A DNA stretch of 28,555 nt from Salinivirgaceae bacterium (GTDB lineage: Bacteria; Bacteroidota; Bacteroidia; Bacteroidales; Salinivirgaceae), in the NCBI GenBank assembly GCA_035366675.1, contig DAOSIN010000001.1, positions 1 through 28,555 of the forward strand. Reading direction: 5' to 3'. The notes below the pieces were generated by a model. The model saw only the letters and a program-made list of their open reading frames with translations. It did no database searches and had not been told where the DNA came from. Both the position numbers and the translations under genes were made by a program. Of the stretch, positions 17,104-26,590 are shown piece after piece (position 1 is the stretch's first letter; each line of letters begins with the position of its first letter).

Positions 17104-18624
17104 ATGACAGTAAGAGTACGATTTGCACCCAGTCCCACAGGACCACTTCATATTGGAGGTGTAAGAACAGCCCTATACAACTATCTTTTTGCGCGTAAAA
17201 ACGGAGGTCAATTTATACTCCGTATCGAAGATACCGACCAAACGCGATATGTTCCCGGAGCTGAGGAGTACATAATCGAGTCGTTTCGTTGGCTTGGACT
17301 GAAAATAGACGAAGGACACACTGTTGGAGGTCCTTACGCATCTTATCGACAGTCTGAGCGTTCTGAAATATATGTTAAATACGCCAACGAGCTGATTGAC
17401 AAAGGTTGGGGATATTTTGCCTTCGATACACCAGAGGAGTTAGATGCTATAAGAAAATCGTATGAGACTCAAGGTAAGGTGTTTACTTATGATACAACTA
17501 CCCGTATGCAGATGAAGAACTCTCTGACACTCTCTTTAGAAGAGTCGAAGAGAAAAATCGAAAATGATGAGCCTTATGTCATAAGATTTAAAATACCCGA
17601 GAACCGCGAGGTCGTTATGAACGACATCATAAGAGGCACAATAAAAGTTGATACACAAACACTTGACGATAAAGTGCTTTTCAAATCAGACGGACTGCCA
17701 ACTTATCATTTGGCAAACGTTGTTGATGACCACTTAATGGAGATAACTCACGTAATTCGTGGCGAAGAGTGGTTGCCGTCACTTCCGTTGCATGTGCTTT
17801 TGTATGAGGCTTTTGGCTGGGAAGACACAATGCCAAATTTTGCACATCTTCCGTTGATTTTAAAGCCAGAAGGCAAAGGAAAATTGAGTAAACGCGATGG
17901 AGATAAATTGGGATTTCCTGTCTTCCCTTTGTTATGGGAATCGCCCGAAGGAGAAGTTAGCCGCGGATACCGCGAAGATGGTTATCTGCCCGAAGCTGTA
18001 ATTAATTTACTTGCGCTTTTAGGTTGGAACCCCGGCACCGAGCAGGAGATTTTTAGCCTCGAGCAATTAATAGAAGCATTTGATTTAGAGCGCGTAAGCA
18101 AATCAGGAGCGCGTTTCGACCCCGACAAAGCACGTTGGTTTAACCATCAACATATTTTGTTGAAAAGTGACGATTTCTTGGCAATGGAGTTTGTTAACAT
18201 CCTAAAAAACAAAGGAATAACAGCTCATTATTCATACGTTTTAAAAATCGTTCAGCTTATCAAAGAGCGACTGAACTTTACGCACGAACTGTGGGATCAT
18301 GGCTGGTTTTTCTTTATCAATCCAACTGAGTTCGATCAAAGCGTTGTAAAGAAACGTTGGAAACCCGATATTATTCCTCACGTAATTAATGTGAGAAAAA
18401 TCATTTCTGAAACAACGCCGTATGAGGCAGCAGTTATCAAAGAGAATGTTTCGAAATATATCGAACAAAACGGATTAGGCTTTGGCTCCGTTGCTAACGC
18501 TCTTAGATTGGCATTAGTAGGAGGTTCAGTTGGACCCGACTTGTTTGCAATATGCGAAACTATTGGTGCTGAGGCTTGTGTAAATAGAATTGAATTTGCA
18601 ATTAACAATATATCAATACAATAG
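17104..18624 (+). CDS. gltX: Glutamate--tRNA ligase
   Basis: RVRFAPSPTGPLHIGG (HIGH), LRIEDTD, HVIRGEEW and KLSKR (KMSKS) motifs. Confidence 0.98.
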   Translation: MTVRVRFAPSPTGPLHIGGVRTALYNYLFARKNGGQFILRIEDTDQTRYVPGAEEYIIESFRWLGLKIDEGHTVGGPYASYRQSERSEIYVKYANELIDKGWGYFAFDTPEELDAIRKSYETQGKVFTYDTTTRMQMKNSLTLSLEESKRKIENDEPYVIRFKIPENREVVMNDIIRGTIKVDTQTLDDKVLFKSDGLPTYHLANVVDDHLMEITHVIRGEEWLPSLPLHVLLYEAFGWEDTMPNFAHLPLILKPEGKGKLSKRDGDKLGFPVFPLLWESPEGEVSRGYREDGYLPEAVINLLALLGWNPGTEQEIFSLEQLIEAFDLERVSKSGARFDPDKARWFNHQHILLKSDDFLAMEFVNILKNKGITAHYSYVLKIVQLIKERLNFTHELWDHGWFFFINPTEFDQSVVKKRWKPDIIPHVINVRKIISETTPYEAAVIKENVSKYIEQNGLGFGSVANALRLALVGGSVGPDLFAICETIGAEACVNRIEFAINNISIQ

Positions 18625-18636
18625 ATAACGTGTGAT

Positions 18637-18888
18637 ATGGAGTGTCATGATAATTGCGCAGCTTGTTGTATCTATTTATCCATATCATCTCCAAGTCCGT
18701 TGCATCCCAACGGGAAAAAGGCGGGCGAACGTTGCCTTTACCTGTCTGACGATTTAAAATGTTTAATTTATAACCATCCTGATAGACCGAAAGTGTGTGC
18801 GGATTTCAAACCAGACCCGCTTATATGTGGGAGAAGCACTGATGAGGCAAAGGATATAATGTCAAAATTAGAATGTCTGAATATTTAG
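18637..18888 (+). CDS. YkgJ family cysteine-cluster (Zn/Fe-chelating) protein
   Basis: CxxxCxxCC...SISSP...GKKAGERC..L...C.IY..PDRPKVC..F....CG. Confidence 0.85.
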   Translation: MECHDNCAACCIYLSISSPSPLHPNGKKAGERCLYLSDDLKCLIYNHPDRPKVCADFKPDPLICGRSTDEAKDIMSKLECLNI

Positions 18889-19670
18889 ATCTTTTTAGCG
18901 AAATTGAAAGCGATTTTTTAAACTACGTTGATTGCTTCGTAGATGACGACGAAGAACCAGAGTTTCTAAAACTCATTGACTTAAAAAAAGAGCACTCTTT
19001 AAAAGTCTCTGAACTTTCCGGCAAGATTGCAGAGTCGGAGAATTTCGATGATAAAATAATTCTGTTATGCAAAGTCGGTGGGATAATGCACGATATAGGT
19101 CGTTTTGAGCAACTTAATTTTTACAGAACTTTAGACGACTTAAAATCAGTCGATCATGGTGATTTGGGACACAATGTGCTCTCAAATACAGGGTTTCTTG
19201 AACATTTTAGTACGTCCGAACAGTTAGCTCTTTTGTATGCAGTTAAAAATCATAACAAGAGATATGTAACCGACTATCCCGACGAAATTTCTGAAATTAT
19301 AACCAAAGTTATAAGAGACGCTGATAAACTCGATGTTTACCGAGTAATGCAAGCAAGTTTAGAAAAAGAGTCTGATGAAAATAAAAGTGCTGTTTTGTTA
19401 GATTTAGAAAAGAATGGCAAAATTTCCGATGAAGTATATCAACAGTTTAAAAATCACAAGGTTGTAAATAAACAACAGTTAAAATCAGCAGCTGATTTTT
19501 TAGTTATGCAACTTAGCTGGATTTTTGACGTTAATTATAACTCAACTTTTAATTTAATTACAAATTCAGAGGGATATCAATATTTGACTAATATTTTGAA
19601 AAACAACGAATTATTTGACGACATAAAAGAAAATATCACACAATATATTAAACAAAAATCAACAAAATAA
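18873..19670 (+). CDS. HD-domain metal-dependent phosphohydrolase
   Basis: KEHS..V, MHDIGRFEQ, DHG, NHN and RDADKLD. Overlaps the YkgJ gene by 16 nt. Confidence 0.9.
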   Translation: MSEYLDLFSEIESDFLNYVDCFVDDDEEPEFLKLIDLKKEHSLKVSELSGKIAESENFDDKIILLCKVGGIMHDIGRFEQLNFYRTLDDLKSVDHGDLGHNVLSNTGFLEHFSTSEQLALLYAVKNHNKRYVTDYPDEISEIITKVIRDADKLDVYRVMQASLEKESDENKSAVLLDLEKNGKISDEVYQQFKNHKVVNKQQLKSAADFLVMQLSWIFDVNYNSTFNLITNSEGYQYLTNILKNNELFDDIKENITQYIKQKSTK

Positions 19671-19672
19671 TT

Positions 19673-19700
19673 GTAGAGACGGAGCATGCTCCGTCTCTAC
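19673..19700. repeat. GTAG REP-like palindrome, copy 5
   Basis: gtagagacggagcatgctccgtctctac, perfect 28-bp palindrome. Confidence 0.9.
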
Positions 19701-19751
19701 TACTTTACAAACTTTTAACTTATAAAATAAACCCATAAAAACAATAACAAA

Positions 19752-20627
19752 ATGAAACGATTAGCTTTTTTAGCAATAGCTCTTTTTGGAGTAGTTGCAT
19801 GTAACACACATCAAGCTGAGCTTGAACAACTTAGAGAAGAAAATTTGAAATTAAAAAATCAGCAAGGGCAAAACGAGGAGGCTCTTTTTAACTTTGCTGA
19901 AACTTTTAATGCTATACAGTCAAATCTCGACAGTATTGCAGCAAAAGAGGGAATAATTAACAAACTTGCCGTGTCAGGCGAAAAATCTAAACCTGCACAT
20001 GAACAAGTAAACGAGCAAATCAACGCAATTTACGACATGTTGTTGCAAAACCGCAAGAAATTGAACCAGATGTCGCATAACGTAAAATCTTTATCGACCA
20101 AAAACAAAGACTTGGAGTCGATTGTCGAACGTATGACAAAACAAATGGAAGAGAAAATAATTGAGATAGAGATGCTTCGCAGCCAACTTGAGAAAATGGA
20201 ATATCAAATCACAGGTCTAAACGTAAAAGTTGACAGCCTGAGTATTGTAGCACGGGAACGTCATCAAGTAATTGAAGAACAAAAAGTTGAGATAGCAGAC
20301 CAAAAAGAGAGACTTAACACAGTTTACTACGCTATAGGAACTGAAAAAGAGTTGATTGCAAACAAAGTAATTGACAAGTCAGGTGGATTTATAGGCATGG
20401 GCAAAACCCGTACAGTCTCTGACGATTTAAATATTGAGTATTTTGAATCTGCCGATAAATACGTAAAAAAATCGTTTGTTTTAGGTTCAAAAAAAGTAAA
20501 ACTTATTACTTCACATCCAACAGAAAGTTATACGCTGCATGGTGACAAAATCGTTGACAGCCTTACAATCGATAACCCCGACCTGTTTTGGCAACAGTCT
20601 AAATATTTGGTAATAAGCGTAAAATAA
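19752..20627 (+). CDS. Conserved Bacteroidota coiled-coil lipoprotein (possibly Cbp1-like adhesin family)
   Basis: Lipobox VVA-C17, long heptad coiled coil, C-terminal VYYAIGTEKEL...TSHPTESY...FWQQSKYLVI domain. The family name is from memory only. Confidence 0.7.
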   Translation: MKRLAFLAIALFGVVACNTHQAELEQLREENLKLKNQQGQNEEALFNFAETFNAIQSNLDSIAAKEGIINKLAVSGEKSKPAHEQVNEQINAIYDMLLQNRKKLNQMSHNVKSLSTKNKDLESIVERMTKQMEEKIIEIEMLRSQLEKMEYQITGLNVKVDSLSIVARERHQVIEEQKVEIADQKERLNTVYYAIGTEKELIANKVIDKSGGFIGMGKTRTVSDDLNIEYFESADKYVKKSFVLGSKKVKLITSHPTESYTLHGDKIVDSLTIDNPDLFWQQSKYLVISVK

Positions 20628-20648
20628 GGAGAATATAGTTCAAAATAG

Positions 20649-20690
20649 AAAAACCGATAAATTCTTAGTAAAGAGATTATCGGTTTTTTT
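20649..20690. terminator. Bidirectional intrinsic terminator between convergent genes
   Basis: aaaaaccgataa ... ttatcggttttttt stem with A and T tracts on the two sides. Confidence 0.7.
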
Positions 20691-20703
20691 ATTTCTCTAA
20701 CCG

Positions 20704-22500
20704 CTAATTGTTAATTACAACTTTATGTTCTGCAATGCCGTTTGTGGTGAGAAGTTTAATAAAATAGATACCATATGTAAGCGAAGATACGTCTATAATA
20801 TTCTCTGTATCAAGCATTTCGGTTTGGCATTTTACCAATCTGCCAAGAACATCATAAAACTCAAAGCTACAAATAGGCGTGTCGCTTTTTATGTTAAGAA
20901 AGTCACTTGCAGGATTGGGATAGATTATAACAGAAACTTGCGGAGTATCCTCTATACTTGTAAACATATTTGGTAGAAAGTCTTTCCACTGCCATGCGTT
21001 TTGATACTGATGTAAACTGGATTCGGGCACGTATAGTGTGCAAGCATTAGCGTTTGTGCCTTTGGGAACACCAAAAAACACCTCATCTCCTAATGTTACT
21101 GAGCGGGGGTCTGTTATAAGAGAAGTTATAGAGGTTAATCCTGTACAATGGATAAAAGCCTCATCTCCAATTGATTTTACCGTTGTAGGTATTGTAATTG
21201 ATATTAAACTACTACAACTATTGAAAGCGGCATCTCCAATTGACGTTAAGGAATCATGGAGAGTAACTGACTCTAATGCAGCGCATTTGGCAAAGGCATA
21301 ACGACTAATTGACATTATCTGTTCAGGAACAGTTATTGACGTTAGATGTACACTACCCTCAAAAGCAGCAATCCCCATTGAAGTAACAGATAAGGGAATA
21401 TCATATGAAGCCCCCGCCTTGCCCGCAGGATAAGTTATTAACGTAGTTTTGTAGTAGTTAAACAACACTCCGTTTTCGCTGATATACTCCGTGTTTTCGG
21501 TCTCAACGTCTATAGCAGTAAGCGAAGTACATCGCCTGAAAGCTCCATTGCCAATAAATGTAACAGATTTTGGAATAGTAACTGACGTTAAGCCAATACA
21601 ACCATCAAAAGCTCCTTTACCTATTGAAGTAACAGATGCAGGAATAGTAAGCTCTGTTAAACTCTCGCAGGATAAAAAAGCTCCCAGCCCAATCTCAGTT
21701 ACTATTTTAGGAATAGTAATTGACGTTAAATTTGTACATTGAAAAAAAGTACCTATCTCTATTGAAGTTATGAGTTCAGGAATATTAACTGATGTTAAAT
21801 TGGAGCAATAGCCAAAAGCAAACTCTCCGATAGATGTTACGGAGTTAGGAATAGTAGCCGATGTTAAATTAGAACAGTAAGCAAAAGCATACTCTTCAAT
21901 TGATGTCAGCGAATCGGGAAAAGTAACAGATGTTAAGCTTGTACATTTGAAAAAAGTATGGTTATTAATTGAAGTTAATAATTTAGGGATGTTAACAGAT
22001 GTTAGACCTGAGCATTCAAAAAATGCATAACTACCAATTGACGTTACTGAATCAGGAATATTAACTGATGTTATTCCCGAGCAATAGCTGAAAGCACAAT
22101 CTGCAATTGATCTCAAAGAGTCAGGAATATTAATTGATGTTAAACGGTTGCAGAATATAAAAGAGCGAGCACCAAATGATTTCACGGAGTTAGGAATAAC
22201 AACAGATATTAAGTTATCGCAACCATAGAAAGCACCTTTTCCAATAGAAGTAACTTTGAATAAAATGTTTTTATAGAATACTGTGTCTGGTATAACTAAA
22301 TTGCCATAAGGTTTTATTTGATTCCAATACGGAGGTCCAGCAAAGTCTGGCACAACTTCAACAGTTGGGGGTTCAAGGCTTGTTATTTTGTAAATATGAT
22401 AATCGTCTATCTTGATCTTTTCGCCTATTGTTTGTGTCAAGGCAACTGTGCTTATTGTCAGGGCAAATAGCGTAACTATTATGTTTTTTATTTTAAACAT
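20704..22500 (-). CDS. BspA-type leucine-rich-repeat (LRR_5) surface protein with T9SS type A sorting domain
   Basis: Many 23-aa TSVTIPxSVTSIGxxAFxxCxxL repeats and a C-terminal IYPNPASDFLNI...YDVLGRLV...GIYFIKL domain. Confidence 0.93.
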   Translation of the reverse strand: MFKIKNIIVTLFALTISTVALTQTIGEKIKIDDYHIYKITSLEPPTVEVVPDFAGPPYWNQIKPYGNLVIPDTVFYKNILFKVTSIGKGAFYGCDNLISVVIPNSVKSFGARSFIFCNRLTSINIPDSLRSIADCAFSYCSGITSVNIPDSVTSIGSYAFFECSGLTSVNIPKLLTSINNHTFFKCTSLTSVTFPDSLTSIEEYAFAYCSNLTSATIPNSVTSIGEFAFGYCSNLTSVNIPELITSIEIGTFFQCTNLTSITIPKIVTEIGLGAFLSCESLTELTIPASVTSIGKGAFDGCIGLTSVTIPKSVTFIGNGAFRRCTSLTAIDVETENTEYISENGVLFNYYKTTLITYPAGKAGASYDIPLSVTSMGIAAFEGSVHLTSITVPEQIMSISRYAFAKCAALESVTLHDSLTSIGDAAFNSCSSLISITIPTTVKSIGDEAFIHCTGLTSITSLITDPRSVTLGDEVFFGVPKGTNANACTLYVPESSLHQYQNAWQWKDFLPNMFTSIEDTPQVSVIIYPNPASDFLNIKSDTPICSFEFYDVLGRLVKCQTEMLDTENIIDVSSLTYGIYFIKLLTTNGIAEHKVVINN

Positions 22501-22513
22501 AGTTTTTAATACT

Positions 22514-24047
22514 TTACTTTTTTATAATTTTAATTGCTTGGCAGATTTCTCCATTTACTTTAAGGCAGGCAATTAAAACAGAGGGCTTTTCCGGTACCAA
22601 ACCATTAGCAAGCCCATGCCATTGTATTGAATGATCTCCTCCTTCCTTGATTTGTTGGGTTAAACATTGTATAAGCTTGCCTTGCAAGTCGTAAACGCTT
22701 AGCTCTACCATAGCTGTTTTTTCTATATTATATTCAAAGTTTATAAATTCAGTAAAAGGGTTTGGGTAACAGCGAAGCATCGCTTTTTCTCTTTTTGAGG
22801 AAAATTCACTAATGCCCACAGGATTATCTACAAAATTGCCATTGCCATCATTAAATAACAACATAAGGTTGTTCTCTAAGTAAGAGTAACGCAATTGAGC
22901 GATTATAAAATCGTTATACCCGTTGCCATCAAGATCAGTCGCGTAAAATATTCCTCCTTCACCACCTAGATGAACCAAAGGTATAGGTTGAGGCTCTGAG
23001 AGTTGAAAGTTCCCAAGATTGTAAAGTATTTCTATACCTACAATAGTGTCCATAAACCCTGCAAAGGGGGGGAGTTCCCAAGTTGTAAGCTATATCGGGC
23101 AAACCATCATTATTGTAATCTATAACAAAAGGGTTTCCCCCCGGTGTTGAAACATACTTGTCTAATTTAAGGAAATTTTCATTCCCTATATTTTGGTAGA
23201 AATTTATCCACTTCACGGTCGCTGAACCACCCATAGATACAATATCTACTAATCCGTCCAAATTGAAATCAATAATGGCAATTCGACTACTATGTGACAG
23301 AGGGTCAAGCACCTTTTTTTCAAGACTAAAAGTTCTTGAATAGTAAATTTCTAATGCTGTTCCAGAAGCAACAACAACATCATCTCTACCATCGCCATTC
23401 AAATCTCCGCACTGTATGCCCAGTGGAAGATGATCAGTATTATAGTATTCTGGTGGCGAAAGTAAACCATATCCAAGATTATATAGCACCATCCAGTTTT
23501 GTATCCAATTCGACGATACAAGTATATCTATAAGTCCGTCACCGTTTACATCTCCGTAAGTAATATCACGAACAATATAATTAAGGCCCGCTAATGTACG
23601 ATATAGCAAAAAATCTTTATAAGTATTAAAACTTCCATTTTCGTTGTACCAAACACGAATATATCTTTCAAAAAAACCATCACGATCACAAAATTCTCCG
23701 TATAAAGTTACCAAATCGGGATAATCATCTTCGTCAATTTTACATGCAAAAATATTTTCTTGAGTACCGCAAAAAAAATTTGATGTATCGGCTATTGTAA
23801 AATTCCCTTTGCCGTCATTTTTTAATATTGTAAATGACGGATTTGCTTCTTGCAGCATTGTTTTATGACCAACAATTATATCCATATCACCATCTAAATC
23901 TATATCAGCAGAACTAACAGACTGGATTGCTCTTGGAACTGTGTAAGTACTTTTTGGTGTGTCAGAAGTAAACGCAAATGTAAATAGCAAGAGTGCTATA
24001 AGTGTGTATTTAACTTTCTTTAGGATAGAAATAGTAATACCTCTCAT
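22514..24047 (-). pseudogene. FG-GAP/VCBS-repeat protein with T9SS C-terminal domain, split by a single-base frameshift
   Basis: Two overlapping ORFs share DxDxDGxxD repeats, and the distal one ends in YPNPF...YDLQGK. The span is 1534 nt (3n+1). A C7 run (G7 at 23066-23072 on +) lies in the switch interval. Confidence 0.85.
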
Positions 24048-24213
24048 ACCTTTTTATTTTAAAAAAGTTATTAAAAATCTTCTATTTCCAAAACTATGAG
24101 GTTATCGTATTTTACTTTTTTAGATTGTATCCTCCTTTCTAAGTATGAGTGTTGAAAAGTAAAAAACAACACTGTCATCCTGTTAACGACTCTCTTCGAA
24201 TTTTGAACAATAG

Positions 24214-24221
24214 CAAATGTA
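24214..24221 (-). promoter_or_regulatory. Candidate -7 promoter element for the FG-GAP/BspA genes
   Basis: Minus-strand TACATTTG(C). Confidence 0.5.
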
Positions 24222-24386
24222 TATGAAAATGTTTACAAATTGATAAAATTATGACTAAAAAACTGAAGTTTTTTTGTTTGCCTTGCTTTGTGTTTGATAT
24301 TTAATAAATTGACAATGGTTAAATATAATCACTTGTACACATCGAAGTTTATTGATCTTATCGAAATACTACGCCCAGTGCACCAC

Positions 24387-24480
24387 CTTGCATCTCGCTT
24401 CTTGTACCTTTTAACTCACTTGCATATTGCCGTAACTCGTAATTCGTAACTCGTAACTCATAACTCATAATTACCAATTA
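24387..24480. repeat. 7-bp-period array starting at the lnt stop
   Basis: ...tgccgta actcgta attcgta actcgta actcata actcata attacca atta. Confidence 0.8.
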
Positions 24481-26085
24481 TCGTCGTTTTTTTAAAGAAA
24501 CTCTCCAACCCCGTAAAACAAGCGTAACCCCATAAACCATTAACAAAAGAGAGAATATCCCCGCAGCCCTCCCAAGCCAATCGCCATATTTAGTATAGAA
24601 TGTGGTTTCGGTGTTCAAATGAACTTTGTCGGATATAACATCGGGTGTCCACCACTCCGTTGGCTGTAAAATTTCGCCACGTTGGTTAACAAAGCAACTT
24701 ATGCCTGTGTTGGCAGAACGGGCAATAGCTCGGCGGGTCTCAATGGCTCGCAAACTTGCAAATGAGAGGTGTTGCTTGTAACCAGGAGTATTGCCCCACC
24801 AACCGTCGTTGGTAATTATAGATAACATATTTGCCCCTCCGTGTACGTACTCGGTAACATACTCGCCATAAACCGACTCGTAGCAAATAACAGGCGCAGC
24901 CATAATATTACCGAACTCGAATACCGAAGGAATCTCTTGTGTGCCAAGACTTCCAACAGTTCCCCCGAGATCGACACTAATACTCTCCAAAAATTTCAAA
25001 TATTCTGGATAGGGCATCATTTCAACTCCAACCACCAATTTTGACTTGTGATGTATCTGTATTTTAGCCGAATCGTACATTAAACCAGTATTATACCTGT
25101 CGTAATAAATTGCTGTATCGCTGAAAGTTCTCGCTGTTGGAGATGGGGTTTCATCATATCGGTATATCCTTCTTGTGCTGGCACCAATTAGCATAGAAAG
25201 ATTTTCCCAATTGCTCAGAAAGTCGTGTATCACCATTGACGACATAGCGTTCTCCATATTGTTTTCCCACATATACTCCGTAATTGCAGTCTCGGGAGCC
25301 ACAACCATACGTGTCTCGGGAGTGATTTTTTTTGCCGCCAAGTCTAATATTTTATCCAACTGTTCGCGGTCAGAAAGTCCATCAAATTTTTCGTGATATG
25401 GGTCTATATTAGGTTGAACAACAACAACTTCAACCGCTTCGCCTTTCTCCTCGTAGTTACTATAAACAAACCAACTGTATGTAAATAAGAAAGCAGGAAT
25501 AAGTATAGTTGCAATAGTTTGATATACAGTGTGTTTATTGTTTTTACTCTCTTTAAATGCTATTAAGATTTTAGATAGCGATATATTGACAAACAATATC
25601 AAAAGTGTCCCTCCGAGAGTCCCAGTATATTCGTACCACTGTATAAGCGAAGGCATAGTGCTAAAAGTATTTCCAAAATAAAGCCAAGGAAAAGATATTT
25701 CGGTACGCAGATATGCAAACTCAAAAGCTAACCACCAGATAATCAGTGTATAATTACTAATTCTAAAATTGCTTTTTCTTCTCAACCAAAAGTATAGATA
25801 GAACGTAAAAAGCATAAGAAAGCTATTGCCTAAAACGGCGAAAATAGCACCAAAAAGCGTGGCTTTATATATCCACCATATTGTTAATGAGTTCCATATA
25901 AGAAATGTGATAGAGGCATACAGAGTCATTTTCTTTTTTGCATCTTTCAAACCCTCAACACTCTTTTCTACAAGCAACAAAGGAACAATTGCTACCAATA
26001 TCAATAAAGCAAAAGGTTTAATATACCATGATGCAGCAAGCAATAGCCCTGATAAAACAGATAATAGCAAATTTTTTTTTGTCAT
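24478..26085 (-). CDS. lnt: Apolipoprotein N-acyltransferase
   Basis: N-terminal TM bundle with SFPW, VVQPNI and nitrilase-fold triad motifs PETA, HKSKLV and ICYES, plus NDGWW and RSANTGIS. Confidence 0.95.
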   Translation of the reverse strand: MTKKNLLLSVLSGLLLAASWYIKPFALLILVAIVPLLLVEKSVEGLKDAKKKMTLYASITFLIWNSLTIWWIYKATLFGAIFAVLGNSFLMLFTFYLYFWLRRKSNFRISNYTLIIWWLAFEFAYLRTEISFPWLYFGNTFSTMPSLIQWYEYTGTLGGTLLILFVNISLSKILIAFKESKNNKHTVYQTIATILIPAFLFTYSWFVYSNYEEKGEAVEVVVVQPNIDPYHEKFDGLSDREQLDKILDLAAKKITPETRMVVAPETAITEYMWENNMENAMSSMVIHDFLSNWENLSMLIGASTRRIYRYDETPSPTARTFSDTAIYYDRYNTGLMYDSAKIQIHHKSKLVVGVEMMPYPEYLKFLESISVDLGGTVGSLGTQEIPSVFEFGNIMAAPVICYESVYGEYVTEYVHGGANMLSIITNDGWWGNTPGYKQHLSFASLRAIETRRAIARSANTGISCFVNQRGEILQPTEWWTPDVISDKVHLNTETTFYTKYGDWLGRAAGIFSLLLMVYGVTLVLRGWRVSLKKRR

Positions 26086-26188
26086 TTCTAAGACCTTGTA
26101 ACGTGATTTAACCTCTTTAACGAAGAATTTTATATGTAAATTTCTCTATAACTCAATAGTAATATCAACATATGTCTAATAAAGAAGC

Positions 26189-26196
26189 CAAAATTA
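26189..26196 (-). promoter_or_regulatory. Candidate -7 promoter element for lnt
   Basis: Minus-strand TAATTTTG about 104 nt upstream of ATG 26085. Confidence 0.4.
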
Positions 26197-26252
26197 GCTA
26201 TTATTTCACTATTTCATCATCAATTTAAGATTACATTTTTGTTAAGTCAACT

Positions 26253-26430
26253 TAATCCACAATTCAAAAGTTGTTGGCTATGTGCATTATTAGTAGGGCG
26301 TGTTTTAAGTAGAGACGGAGCATGCTCCGTCTCTACGTTAAAAACGTTGTCCGCGTGAACCGCATTACTTGGGCTAAAGCCCAAAAAGCCCGTGCGTTAA
26401 TCTAATCCACGACTTGAAAGTCGTAGCTAT
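26253..26430. repeat. Two related TAATCCAC-hairpin-GCTAT elements plus a GGGCTAAAGCCC hairpin, enclosing REP copy 6
   Basis: taatccacaattcaaaagttgttggctat (26253-26281), taatccacgacttgaaagtcgtagctat (26403-26430) and ttgggctaaagcccaa (26369-26384). Confidence 0.6.
26309..26336. repeat. GTAG REP-like palindrome, copy 6
   Basis: gtagagacggagcatgctccgtctctac, identical to the 19673 copy. Confidence 0.9.
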
Positions 26431-26574
26431 TGATACAACAATTGCCTTATTAATAGCCCACAGCCTTCCGTCTTTTTTAACTACCGTGTAAACATTTTTT
26501 AAAACATATTGTTTATATTCAAAAAAGCGTTATTGATAAAAAATCAGTATTAACTTATGTTTTTGAAACAATGT

Positions 26575-26590
26575 CGGCACGCAGTTTGCT
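26575..26590 (+). promoter_or_regulatory. Sigma-54 (RpoN) -24/-12 promoter upstream of the STAS-cheY-cheA operon
   Basis: CGGCACGCAGTTTGCT against consensus TGGCACGNNNNTTGCW. GG at 26576-77 and GC at 26588-89 are separated by exactly 10 nt. Confidence 0.75.

Noticed and set aside
23137-23142. C6 run as the frameshift site of the FG-GAP gene
   Set aside because: The frame after it still encodes an intact DYNNDGLPDI repeat, and the distal frame has a stop between this run and the C7 run.
24090-24160. Small ORF or leader peptide near a minus-strand AAAGGAGG
   Set aside because: No start codon at SD spacing, and Bacteroidota rarely use SD sequences. Only a 7-bp hairpin (agtgttg/caacact) is nearby, which is too weak.
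24250-24300. c-di-GMP-I riboswitch suggested by GGCAAAC on the minus strand
   Set aside because: The P2 GAAA tetraloop stem and the GACGCAAAG/receptor elements are missing.
8713-26336. CRISPR array from the 28-bp repeats
   Set aside because: Copies are kilobases apart with no regular spacers and no cas genes.
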